Positions 9,302 through 18,161 of a stretch of DNA of 54,490 nucleotides are shown here, in pieces (the stretch's first letter is position 1; each line of letters opens with the position of its first letter). Below the pieces are notes generated by a model. It was not told the DNA's origin. It was given only the letters and a program-made list of their open reading frames with translations, and ran no database searches. The stretch comes from an uncultured Bacilli bacterium (GTDB lineage: Bacteria; Bacillota_I; Bacilli_A; RF39; UBA660), in assembly GCA_944358435.1 (NCBI GenBank), contig CALVRD010000002.1, forward strand, positions 1-54,490. Reading direction: 5' to 3'. Made by a program: the position numbers and the translations under genes.

Positions 9302-11613
9302 TACTTCACCTCATCAAATAATTTTTCTAATTTTCTCATTCTTTGTTTTTGAATTTTTTCAAGATCAATAGTTTTATTTTGGGTTGGTTTAGTTAAAATT
9401 TTTGTTACTTCTTTTATCATTTTCTTTTCATCCTTAGAAACTATATAAGCATAATCTTTACCAATATTAATCTTATCATCACTAACATCTATAGTAGTAA
9501 TTATTGGTTTATTTAAAGTAATTGCTTCTAAGTAAATTACAGGGAAGCCTTCATAATCAGATGTTAAAATTACATAATCACTTTCTTTTATATAAGGGTA
9601 AGGATTAGTTTGTTTTCCACAGAATGTCACTTTACTTTCTAATTTTAGTCTTTTAACTTCTTCTTCATACATTTTACGATCTGGACCATCACCTACTATC
9701 CAAAGTTCTGCAGTTTCTAAATTATTAATTAGATTAATAATTCGAGATACTTTTTTGGAATGATCATCAAGTCGACCAACAAAGACAAATAATGTTTTAT
9801 CTTTAGGCTTGTAATAATTTATTTTTTCATGAGATAAATCTTTAATCTTTGAGACATTTATAAAATTATTAAAGACTAGGCATTTTTTCTTTAAATTTGG
9901 ATAAATAGCTAAAAAATCATCTTTTGCTTCATTTGATACAAAGATTAAGTGATTAAAAGAATTTATGTTTCTTATATCATAGAAGTTTCTTACTTCTTCT
10001 TCTGTTTTATATAAATACTTATAGTTACTGTGAACATATAGGGAACTATTCTTTGAAGCAATAAGAGCTAATTTATTAGAACTTAAACTATAGGTAGCGT
10101 AGCAACAACTAAAGTCATAATTTTGATAATTAAAAATAGTAAATAATAGTTTTTTAGTAAAGTTAAGAACTTTTCTAATAAAGATATTAGAGTGATTTGA
10201 AACCTTTAATTCTTTTACTTGGACAAATTCATTTACTTCTTGCATGAATATACCACTTTTTTGTTCTAAAAATAAGGCTACATTATATTTATCATAATTA
10301 ATATTATTTAATAAATTTATTAAAGCGGTTTCTATTCCTCCTAAATCTAAGTTATATGAAGCAAAGAAAAGACTTTTCTTTTTATTACGATCAGAAGATA
10401 AAATAATAATTATTAAAATAAGACTAACAGAAGGAGCGGTAATGATATGGCCTGTTAATAAGGATAAAATGATACCTAAAGATAAGCTAACATCAATCAT
10501 ATATGAATCAAAATTATATGGTCCTTTTTCTTTAGCAAGTTTTAATAAGACATAAAGTGGAATACTAAAGAAAATTAAAAAACCAATTAAACCATGACTT
10601 AAATAAATATCATAATAATCCATTTCAATCATCTTAGTAGTTTTATTATCATTAATATATCCAATTCCAAATAGTTTTTGATAAAAACTAGATTCATCAT
10701 AAATATGAGATTTTTCATTATAGAAAGTTAATCTTTCACTAAAGATAAAATGATCAATTAATAGTTCATCTTTTAAGACGTCAGTGATATTATCAACTTT
10801 TAAGTAATCTAGGTGTATCTTAATATTTTTATAAAAATTAGTTTTAGGTATTAGAATTATTATAGAAAGGCTTGTGGTAATTATAATTAAAGAAAATATG
10901 AATATTAATTTATATTTTCTATTTTTAAAGAAGTGTATTATTAGCCAAATAAAAGTTGCCCCTATAGTTATTAGAAGTGATAATAAAGGAGTTTTAGTAC
11001 CAACAGTTAAGATTACAAATAAGTATAATAGACTAAATAATATTTTAAGAATGAGATTTTTTTTATTATAAAAAACGATAAATACTATTGGAGTTAATAT
11101 AGAGATAATACCTCCAATTTCATTAGCTGAATTGAAAAAACCTAGATTACCTACTTTAGCAACTTCATAACTCTTAAAACCAGTGTTAAATATTATAGGA
11201 ATAAAGATAAGCGTTAAATAAAGAAATAAAGTAGTACAAAGAGTTAACTTACTTATTCTTATTTCAGCTTTTAATTCATATAAAGAGATAAGTAATAATG
11301 GAAAGTAAAACGTTCTTAATAATCCTTGACATTCACTAAGAATATTTATATCTTTAAAAATGATATTTCCTAATAAATAAAGAATAGAATATAAAATAAA
11401 AATAGTATAGTATATGAGAGGTCTTTTCTTTTTATAGATAAAGACGGTTATATACATAATAGATATTAAGAATAGCATTCTAATAATTATACCGATTGTT
11501 AAATTTATATCAAAAATATGAAGACAAAGACCTGTAATTAAATCAAGAATTGGTTGGAGAAGGATAAATATTCCTAAAAATAGATTTAGATTTTGTTTTA
11601 TTAGTTTATTCAT
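9301..11613 (-). CDS. Fusion protein: N-terminal O-antigen ligase/polymerase-like (Wzy_C) membrane domain plus C-terminal GT4 (Glycos_transf_1) glycosyltransferase
   Basis: The product is 770 aa. Residues 1-410 form about 10-12 TM helices with NSANEIGG, VGTKTPLL, SERL and GIGY...EMDYYDIYLSHGLIG, which are typical of Wzy_C/O-antigen-ligase-like proteins. Residues ~415-770 contain LGGIETALINLL, VGRLDDHSKKV and the EX7E motif EGFPVIYLEAI of retaining GT4 enzymes. Confidence 0.75.
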   Translation of the reverse strand: MNKLIKQNLNLFLGIFILLQPILDLITGLCLHIFDINLTIGIIIRMLFLISIMYITVFIYKKKRPLIYYTIFILYSILYLLGNIIFKDINILSECQGLLRTFYFPLLLISLYELKAEIRISKLTLCTTLFLYLTLIFIPIIFNTGFKSYEVAKVGNLGFFNSANEIGGIISILTPIVFIVFYNKKNLILKILFSLLYLFVILTVGTKTPLLSLLITIGATFIWLIIHFFKNRKYKLIFIFSLIIITTSLSIIILIPKTNFYKNIKIHLDYLKVDNITDVLKDELLIDHFIFSERLTFYNEKSHIYDESSFYQKLFGIGYINDNKTTKMIEMDYYDIYLSHGLIGFLIFFSIPLYVLLKLAKEKGPYNFDSYMIDVSLSLGIILSLLTGHIITAPSVSLILIIIILSSDRNKKKSLFFASYNLDLGGIETALINLLNNINYDKYNVALFLEQKSGIFMQEVNEFVQVKELKVSNHSNIFIRKVLNFTKKLLFTIFNYQNYDFSCCYATYSLSSNKLALIASKNSSLYVHSNYKYLYKTEEEVRNFYDIRNINSFNHLIFVSNEAKDDFLAIYPNLKKKCLVFNNFINVSKIKDLSHEKINYYKPKDKTLFVFVGRLDDHSKKVSRIINLINNLETAELWIVGDGPDRKMYEEEVKRLKLESKVTFCGKQTNPYPYIKESDYVILTSDYEGFPVIYLEAITLNKPIITTIDVSDDKINIGKDYAYIVSKDEKKMIKEVTKILTKPTQNKTIDLEKIQKQRMRKLEKLFDEVK

Positions 11614-11646
11614 AACGCACCCACCATCTTTTGTTTACTTAATTTG

Positions 11647-11675
11647 ATTATAGCACAACTATGAGTATTTTTCTA
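11647..11675 (-). promoter_or_regulatory. Candidate sigmaA-type promoter of the glycopolymer operon (extended -10)
   Basis: The minus strand reads TAGAAA-17 nt-TGcTATAAT about 30 nt upstream of the 770-aa gene start. The -35 is weak and the extended -10 is perfect. Confidence 0.45.
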
Positions 11676-11775
11676 TTCTATTATTTTGGACATTCTTTGA
11701 CATTTCATTTTAGGGTATTTGTTTCTATTTAGCACTATTTATTATATAATTATATTAAGATTGAGGTGATATGCT

Positions 11776-13698
11776 TTGGCAAAAAAAAAGAAGAAAAAGA
11801 ATAATAATAAAGATACTATAATTAAAGATATAAAAGTTGATAAGACTGATATAAAGACAAGTGAGGCTGAAAGTAAAGTTAATTCGAATAAGATTAGTCC
11901 AGTTAAGAGGAAAAATTCCCTATTTTTAGATTTCTTAATTTTATTAGTTTTAATTAGTAGTTTAGCCTATTTTACTTGTTCATTATTAAAGTTTAATTCT
12001 TTAGGTGATGTTGTTAATGGGTTATTAATGCTTGGAATTTCAATATTATTTATAGCAGCTTCGACTACTAATCCAAGTAAAAATAAGACAACTAGTTATT
12101 TAGCATTAGTTATACTATTTGGCTATCAAGTAGTTGGATGCTTAACAAGCTTTGAAATTATTACTTGGCCTAATAATGAAGTTGATAATTTTGTAGGAAG
12201 AAGTTTGACTGAAGTAGTTGAATGGTCAACTAATAATAATGTTAAGATCACTCAGGAATATGAATATAGTGATATGATTAAAGAATATCATGTTATTGGG
12301 CAGAATGTTCTTCCAGGAACAAAATTGAATAAGATTAAATCTTTAACCGTTTCAATTAGTGAAGGACCTAGTCCTTATAAAGATATAGTACTTCCAAATA
12401 TGATTGGTTGGGATACTGATAGAGTACTAGATTTTATTAAGAAAAACTATTTAACAAATGTAAATGTTGAGTTTGTACAAGGCAGTGAAAATGAAAATAC
12501 TCTTATAGAACAAAGTAAAAGTGGTAATGTTAAGAGAAATGATGAAATTAAGTTTACTTTCTCATTTGGAGATGAAAGACATTATAGTGAAGTTAAGTTA
12601 ATCGATTTAGTTAATAAAAGTAAATTTGAAGCTGAATTTTATTTAAAACAACATGGTATTAAATATGAATTTGATTATGACTTCTCTGATAAGATTAAAC
12701 GAGGTAATGTTGTTAAACAAGATGTTAAAGCTGGTACGATGGTTCCAATTACTGGGGAAGATATTAAGACTGTTAAAGTTACAATTAGTAAAGGTCCAAA
12801 AATTGTGATTCCAGATTTAAAAAAGATGAGTGTTATTGATATTACTAATTGGGTTATTAAGAACAAATTAAAGATAGAATTTAAAGATCAATATGATGAT
12901 TCAGTAAAAGAAAATAATGTGTTAAATGTTAATTATAAAAAAGATGATGTTGTTGAGGAAGGTACAGTAATTGTAGTTACTCTTTCTAAGGGTAAGTTAG
13001 TTATGGAAAGTTTTTCATCTTATGCTCAGTTTAGAGAATGGGCTGATAAGTATGGTGTTACATATGAAGAACAGCATGAATTTAGTAATGACGTTCCAGT
13101 TGGAGAAGTTATTAAATATTCTTATGATGTTGGTAGTACTATTAAGAATAATGATGTGGTAATTGTTACAATATCGGATGGTAAAAGAATTGAAGTTCCA
13201 AATCTTAAGGGGCTAACTAAAAATCAGGCAATTGATAAACTTGAGAAAGCTTCGCTTAATTATAGTTTCGTTTACAAATATAGTGATACAGTTGCTTCTG
13301 GTAAAGTTATAAGTCAATCGATTTCAGCAGGATCTGAGGTATCACAAGGAACAACGGTTACTGTTACCATTAGTAATGGCGTTAAACCTCCAACTAATAG
13401 TGGTTCAGATGGAGGAGCTAATTCAGAATCTAATAATCCTCCTACTCCTACTTGTACGCCTAAGACTTATACAATTGGTAGAAATTTAAATAATATATTT
13501 GCAAACTATTCAGGATTTGAAACTGTTAAGTCACAATTATATTCTTTCTTTGCTGCAAATTATTCCGATGTTAAAATTAATGTTGTCGGAGTTGACGGTG
13601 GAGATGCAACTAGCGGCTCTTATATCGGTGGTATTGGTCCAGGTTCATCAATTACCAGTTGCAACAGCTCGGCTTATACAATTCAGATTGCTAAATAA
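11776..13698 (+). CDS. Membrane protein with six extracellular PASTA repeats and a C-terminal Cys-containing domain; it has no kinase or transpeptidase domain
   Basis: The start is a TTG with a GAGGTGA RBS 6-9 nt upstream. The product has a Lys-rich N-terminus and three hydrophobic helices. Six repeats of about 65 aa follow, each ending in the PASTA-type pattern xVxVTISxGP or similar (SLTVSISEGPS, VKVTISKGPK, VIVVTLSKGK, VVIVTISDGK, VTVTISNGVK). The last ~100 aa is a distinct domain (TCTPKTYTIG...ITSCNSSAYTIQIAK). Confidence 0.8.
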   Translation: MAKKKKKKNNNKDTIIKDIKVDKTDIKTSEAESKVNSNKISPVKRKNSLFLDFLILLVLISSLAYFTCSLLKFNSLGDVVNGLLMLGISILFIAASTTNPSKNKTTSYLALVILFGYQVVGCLTSFEIITWPNNEVDNFVGRSLTEVVEWSTNNNVKITQEYEYSDMIKEYHVIGQNVLPGTKLNKIKSLTVSISEGPSPYKDIVLPNMIGWDTDRVLDFIKKNYLTNVNVEFVQGSENENTLIEQSKSGNVKRNDEIKFTFSFGDERHYSEVKLIDLVNKSKFEAEFYLKQHGIKYEFDYDFSDKIKRGNVVKQDVKAGTMVPITGEDIKTVKVTISKGPKIVIPDLKKMSVIDITNWVIKNKLKIEFKDQYDDSVKENNVLNVNYKKDDVVEEGTVIVVTLSKGKLVMESFSSYAQFREWADKYGVTYEEQHEFSNDVPVGEVIKYSYDVGSTIKNNDVVIVTISDGKRIEVPNLKGLTKNQAIDKLEKASLNYSFVYKYSDTVASGKVISQSISAGSEVSQGTTVTVTISNGVKPPTNSGSDGGANSESNNPPTPTCTPKTYTIGRNLNNIFANYSGFETVKSQLYSFFAANYSDVKINVVGVDGGDATSGSYIGGIGPGSSITSCNSSAYTIQIAK

Positions 13699-13702
13699 AA
13701 TT

Positions 13703-13730
13703 AAGAGTCTAATTTAGGCTCTTTTATTTA
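13703..13730 (+). terminator. Intrinsic terminator after the PASTA gene
   Basis: The stem is AAGAGTCT / AGGCTCTT (8 bp, one G-U pair) with a 5-nt loop, followed by TTATTTAT. Confidence 0.55.
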
Positions 13731-13800
13731 TATTCAGACATTTTTCGACAAATTTCGACTTTTATAGATAATATACTAGTATCTGCAAAAGGAGATTAGA

Positions 13801-14337
13801 ATGAAAAAAATTTATTTAACAAATCAAGAAGTAGATACTATTAATCTATTTATGGATGATATTACTACTATATCAATGGTAGAAGGAGTTTATATGCTTC
13901 CCTATTATGCGAAAAATTCAGGACAATCAGGTATTTATATTGTTACTGTTTATAATAATAGTAAAGATTATAATAACATGGTTAGTGTTGATGAGGCGGT
14001 CTGTAATTCTGACGAAGAATATAATAAGATAAATGAAAATATTAAAAGACTCAATACTATTTATAAGGATGAAAGAATAAGCTTTTCTATTCAAAATGCT
14101 GTTGATTTTTCTACTAAAGCAATAAATCAAAGAGAATTTTTAAGTAGGAGATTACTAGCAAGTGGAACAATTTTGTTTGATAGATTTGGTAATATTACTA
14201 GTGATCAAGAAGCCGCTAGAAGACTTGTTGGTACTATAAATAATGTTTACGAGGTAGATAATATTAAAAGTATTCTTCCAAGAAGAGAATATTATTTCCA
14301 ATATTCTAAGAGAAAAAGCGTTAGCTCTTTTGACTAA
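13801..14337 (+). CDS. Hypothetical cytoplasmic protein, 178 aa
   Basis: This is a clean ORF with a GGAG RBS (AAAGGAGATTAGAATG). It has no TM segment and no motif I can assign. Confidence 0.6.
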   Translation: MKKIYLTNQEVDTINLFMDDITTISMVEGVYMLPYYAKNSGQSGIYIVTVYNNSKDYNNMVSVDEAVCNSDEEYNKINENIKRLNTIYKDERISFSIQNAVDFSTKAINQREFLSRRLLASGTILFDRFGNITSDQEAARRLVGTINNVYEVDNIKSILPRREYYFQYSKRKSVSSFD

Positions 14338-14349
14338 GATTTTTGCAAA

Positions 14350-14395
14350 TAAAAAATGGCTTCAATTTTGATATGAAGTCATTTTTCTTTTTTAT
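14350..14395. terminator. Bidirectional intrinsic terminator between convergent genes
   Basis: A 9-bp stem ATGGCTTCA / TGAAGTCAT is flanked by an A-run on the left and a T-run on the right. It therefore works for both the plus-strand 178-aa gene and the minus-strand autolysin gene. Confidence 0.7.
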
Positions 14396-14404
14396 TTGTA
14401 ATTT

Positions 14405-17400
14405 TTATTCAACAACTAATTCAATTCTATTTAATCGATTTTTATTTAATACTACTCTATATTTCTTTCCAGAAATAGTTGCTTCAGCTTTATTAATACT
14501 TCCAAAAATATCACTTATTTCACCATAATCCTCAGAATCAATTGTTTTAGTATAAACAATTAGAGAATAAGTACCTTTTGGTAAATTAGAAATATCAATC
14601 TTTTTGTTATACCAAGCATAATCTTTACTTTTGCCATCAGTTGATATTACTTCATAACTACCAATTTTAGTACTATCTAAATCATAAGTATATTGTTTAT
14701 AAGTTTTAGTATCCTCAATAATTAGTTTTCTAGTAATATCTGATTCTTTACTATAGGTTCCATCATAATTATAAGAAGTTCCAACTAGTTGAAGTTTATT
14801 ATCAACAAATTTTATATCATCATAATTATTAATCATATTTCTAAATGTATTAGCAGTTTTAGTAGTTATAAGAGAATCTTTACGAATATTTAATTCAATT
14901 TTCTTTGTTTTTAATGATAGTTGAACTTTAAAATTATATCCATTTTCTTGATCCTCTGCTCTTCTATCGATTGGTTTATTAAATAAATTAGTTACTAATT
15001 GCTCAGTATGAAATTCATTCTTAGTAGCCTGCATATATAAATCATAATCTCCTGCTGGAATAGTACTTAAATCAATTTCTCCTTTAAACCAAGAACCATT
15101 ATAATCAAAACCATTATCAATACCAATATCGTATGGCACATCATTAGTCCAAGAAGGGATTTTTAATGAATATTCAGTTGAAGTAGACTTTTCTTTTAAG
15201 ACTAAATTATACTCAGCATTTTTATCATTATTATTAGTATTTAAAATAATTAGATATCCACTTATAGTATATTTTTTAGAAGTTTTATTCCAACTTAATT
15301 CATTTAGATAGAACTCACCATCTTTTTCAATTAATTTCTTTTCGATTACAGTTACTTTTATTTCTTTAGTTACTGAATTACCAAAACTATCAGTTACTTT
15401 GTAAATTACGTGATATTCTCCTAAAATTGAAGTATCAACATCATCTTTAATTACTTCAATATTAGTAATTTTTCCATCTTCAGGATCGGTTGCGGTAGCA
15501 TAATCTTTTGAATTAAATTCTGTTCCTAGTGCAATAGTTAAATCATTAGCGACAATTTCAGGTTTTTTATTTTCTGTTACAGTGACATTTATAGTTTTAG
15601 TTGTAGATTTATTTTTAGAGTCTGTTACTTTATAAGTTATTTGATAAGTACCAACAACATCAATATTTACATTTGATGATTCAACAATAATGCTTTTTGT
15701 AAGATCTCCATCTTCTTTATCAGTTGCTTTAACATCTTTTAATTCATCTAATTTTGTACCTTGAGCAACGGTTTTATCCATAGCAATAATTTCTGGAGCA
15801 GTGTTTTCCACAGTATATGTGTATAATGTTACAGTTATACCAGGGGAAGCTGCTAATGTCCAACCATATTCATTAGAAGTGCCAGTTAAGTTTACAGGGA
15901 CTTTATACCATAAGTCATTTCCTACTCGTCTTTCTTCAAGAACTGGTACATAAGAATTCGTAAATTGGCCACCAATTATAGTTGCTTCAGTATCCTCAGT
16001 AATAGAATTTACCCAAGTATATTGATTCCCAGGAACAGTTAGAGTAACGTGTCCATAGGCACAAGTTACAAAGTCAATACTATCGGCATTTACCCAATGT
16101 TTCTGATCATGCCAGTAATTTGAAGTTATTAAATAAGATATTGGTTTTCCTTCAGAATAAGCAGTCGCATAAACCATAACGTATTTGTTTTTTAAAACAA
16201 TACTACCTGTTTTACTTTGTAAACTAGAGTCATAGTAGTAACTACTATTTTTAGTAGTAATTGCTACTTTAGGTTTTAAATATTTTTCCGAATCATAAAA
16301 GTCATATTCATAATTTTTATCAAGATATTCAGTTACCTCATTTGGGGAAATATAACCATTTTTACCTTTGTTTATCTTTTTTACATAGGCAGATGGTACA
16401 TATACATAACTATTCCAATTATAATTTCCTGATGTTATTTCATTAAAAGCAGAATCAATGTTTAAATCACTTACTACTTTATACCAAATTCTTGAACCAT
16501 TAATCATTTCGCCTTCTTTTTCGCCAATAATTACAAGGGCGTCTTCTGCTTCAGGGTAAGTATAAATGAATTTAGAACTGTTTGAAGCATCACTCATAGC
16601 ATTTACGGGAGCGGTTACTACTCCTAGTTGATAAAAGTTATAATCTTGTAATCCTTTAGATTTATCAAAGGCATAATAGTTAGCGGCCATTTTTTCACTC
16701 CAATATGTATCCGACGCATAGTTTACGTTCATGCCTAAGCCCTTATCACCAAATTGGGGACCAAAATAACGCCAATCTCTTGGATGAGCATAACCATATG
16801 TAACATAATTTGAAGCATAACCTAAGATACTGCTTGGAAATGTTGCATACCAGTTGGCAGCTTCTGAAGGATTAGAATCAACAGCATTAAGACCAAAACC
16901 ATTATTTTTATTAATTGCTAAATTACTTCTACCATTTGATGTCTCATTACGGCTTAGGCTTAGGGCTAAAAGAGCATTAGCCCCATATTTTTCTTGGGCA
17001 TAGTAAAAAAATTGACCCTTTCCATAAAGCCTAGAGCTACCATTATTTGATTTGTTTCCATAGGCATCTTCACTAATTCCTAAGTTATTTCTGATATATT
17101 CATCAATATTTAAACTAGAATATGTTGTTCTAGTATGATTTGATAAATACATGTAATAGTTATAGTAAGGCTCATTTTTATTAACTGAATTAGTATGAAT
17201 ATTATTACGATAATCAAAAATCATTGTTTTTATATCAGTATAGAAATAATGTCCATCATAGCTATAATAAGTTCCTGGTTTTAACATATCTGGTTTAGGT
17301 CCTATTGTTGAACCAGCTGATCCATAATATGGTTCTTGAATCTTAGCTACGTAGTTATGTCTTATGTAGTCATTTGTAACAGTATAACTACTAGTCGATT

Positions 17401-17911
17401 TAACCCAAGTTATAGGAACCACTTCATAGGCTTCTTGGGGAACCCAACCAGTTTGATTACCAATTTTAACTAAAGCAGTCCAAATACCCTTAGAATTAAG
17501 AACTGTTTCAATAATAGCTCCATCTACTCCACCATAAAGAGAACCTGTATCCATATAAGTATATCGAAAAGTATTCATTTCACTAGTACGATAAAAATAA
17601 GTTAGAGTTGTTGGATTAACACTAAAATCTAATAAGGCAACATTGGCATCTAATATTTTAACAACACCATTAACATAAGTCATTATTCCTAAATCATCAG
17701 CACCATTTTTAATCATAGCCTGCTTTGCTTCTTCAAAAGTATTATGACAACTTACAACCTCAATAGAACCATTTGATTTAAAGGCAGATAATTCATAATT
17801 GCCACATAAAGAGCGATACTGGTAATCGGCAGATGAATAAGCTTTTACATCAATAGTACTTAGAATAAACATAGTACATATTATAAATGTTATATATAAA
17901 AACTTTTTCAT
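14405..17911 (-). CDS. Secreted multidomain peptidoglycan hydrolase: GH73 N-acetylglucosaminidase with SH3b-like modules, two Ig-like (DUF5011-type) repeats and a duplicated C-terminal module
   Basis: The signal peptide is MKKFLYITFIICTMFILSTIDVKA. The GH73 core is YGANALLALSLSRNETSNGRSNLAINKNNGFGLNAVD...GYASNY...YASDTYW. SH3b-like motifs include GWVPQEAYEVV and LWYKVPVN. Two ~78-aa Ig-like repeats (PEIIAMDKTVAQGT...VGTYQITYKVTDSKN and PEIVANDLTIALGT...LGEYHVIYKVTDSFGN) lie at about nt 15337-15805. Confidence 0.85.
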   Translation of the reverse strand: MKKFLYITFIICTMFILSTIDVKAYSSADYQYRSLCGNYELSAFKSNGSIEVVSCHNTFEEAKQAMIKNGADDLGIMTYVNGVVKILDANVALLDFSVNPTTLTYFYRTSEMNTFRYTYMDTGSLYGGVDGAIIETVLNSKGIWTALVKIGNQTGWVPQEAYEVVPITWVKSTSSYTVTNDYIRHNYVAKIQEPYYGSAGSTIGPKPDMLKPGTYYSYDGHYFYTDIKTMIFDYRNNIHTNSVNKNEPYYNYYMYLSNHTRTTYSSLNIDEYIRNNLGISEDAYGNKSNNGSSRLYGKGQFFYYAQEKYGANALLALSLSRNETSNGRSNLAINKNNGFGLNAVDSNPSEAANWYATFPSSILGYASNYVTYGYAHPRDWRYFGPQFGDKGLGMNVNYASDTYWSEKMAANYYAFDKSKGLQDYNFYQLGVVTAPVNAMSDASNSSKFIYTYPEAEDALVIIGEKEGEMINGSRIWYKVVSDLNIDSAFNEITSGNYNWNSYVYVPSAYVKKINKGKNGYISPNEVTEYLDKNYEYDFYDSEKYLKPKVAITTKNSSYYYDSSLQSKTGSIVLKNKYVMVYATAYSEGKPISYLITSNYWHDQKHWVNADSIDFVTCAYGHVTLTVPGNQYTWVNSITEDTEATIIGGQFTNSYVPVLEERRVGNDLWYKVPVNLTGTSNEYGWTLAASPGITVTLYTYTVENTAPEIIAMDKTVAQGTKLDELKDVKATDKEDGDLTKSIIVESSNVNIDVVGTYQITYKVTDSKNKSTTKTINVTVTENKKPEIVANDLTIALGTEFNSKDYATATDPEDGKITNIEVIKDDVDTSILGEYHVIYKVTDSFGNSVTKEIKVTVIEKKLIEKDGEFYLNELSWNKTSKKYTISGYLIILNTNNNDKNAEYNLVLKEKSTSTEYSLKIPSWTNDVPYDIGIDNGFDYNGSWFKGEIDLSTIPAGDYDLYMQATKNEFHTEQLVTNLFNKPIDRRAEDQENGYNFKVQLSLKTKKIELNIRKDSLITTKTANTFRNMINNYDDIKFVDNKLQLVGTSYNYDGTYSKESDITRKLIIEDTKTYKQYTYDLDSTKIGSYEVISTDGKSKDYAWYNKKIDISNLPKGTYSLIVYTKTIDSEDYGEISDIFGSINKAEATISGKKYRVVLNKNRLNRIELVVE

Positions 17912-17939
17912 TTTTCACCTCCGATATTTTATCAATTAT

Positions 17940-17968
17940 ATTATAGCAGTTTTTGACATGTAACTTAA
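17940..17968 (-). promoter_or_regulatory. Candidate promoter of the autolysin gene (extended -10)
   Basis: The minus strand reads TTAAGT-17 nt-TGcTATAAT about 25 nt upstream of the GGAGGTGA RBS. Confidence 0.4.
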
Positions 17969-18098
17969 GTTTTTTATTTTAAATATGAGTATTTTGACAA
18001 ATATTTGACAGGAAAATTTAGTTATTTTAAATTGATTATAATAAGGAATATAGGTTAAAATAAGCAATTTTGGGTAAATTAAGGTGCAATTATATGGC

Positions 18099-18127
18099 TT
18101 GATATATTTATAAAATATGAGTATAAT
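18099..18127 (+). promoter_or_regulatory. SigmaA-type promoter of the LCP gene
   Basis: The sequence is TTGATA-17 nt-TATAAT. It lies inside the ORF-track N-terminal extension, which supports the downstream ATG at 18162 as the real start. Confidence 0.6.
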
Positions 18128-18161
18128 TATAAGTATGATTTTGCGAATTGGAGGTTTTTTT

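Noticed and set aside
11781-11789. An A9 homopolymer lies 5 nt into the PASTA gene, with an out-of-frame ATG at 11771 that an A10 variant would bring into frame. A similar A9 run follows the ATG of the GGDEF gene (41323-41331). These could be phase-variation switches.
   Set aside because: Lys-rich (AAA) N-termini are common in this AT-rich genome. Runs of 8-9 A occur at many gene starts here. Without population or read-level length variation there is no evidence for slipped-strand switching.
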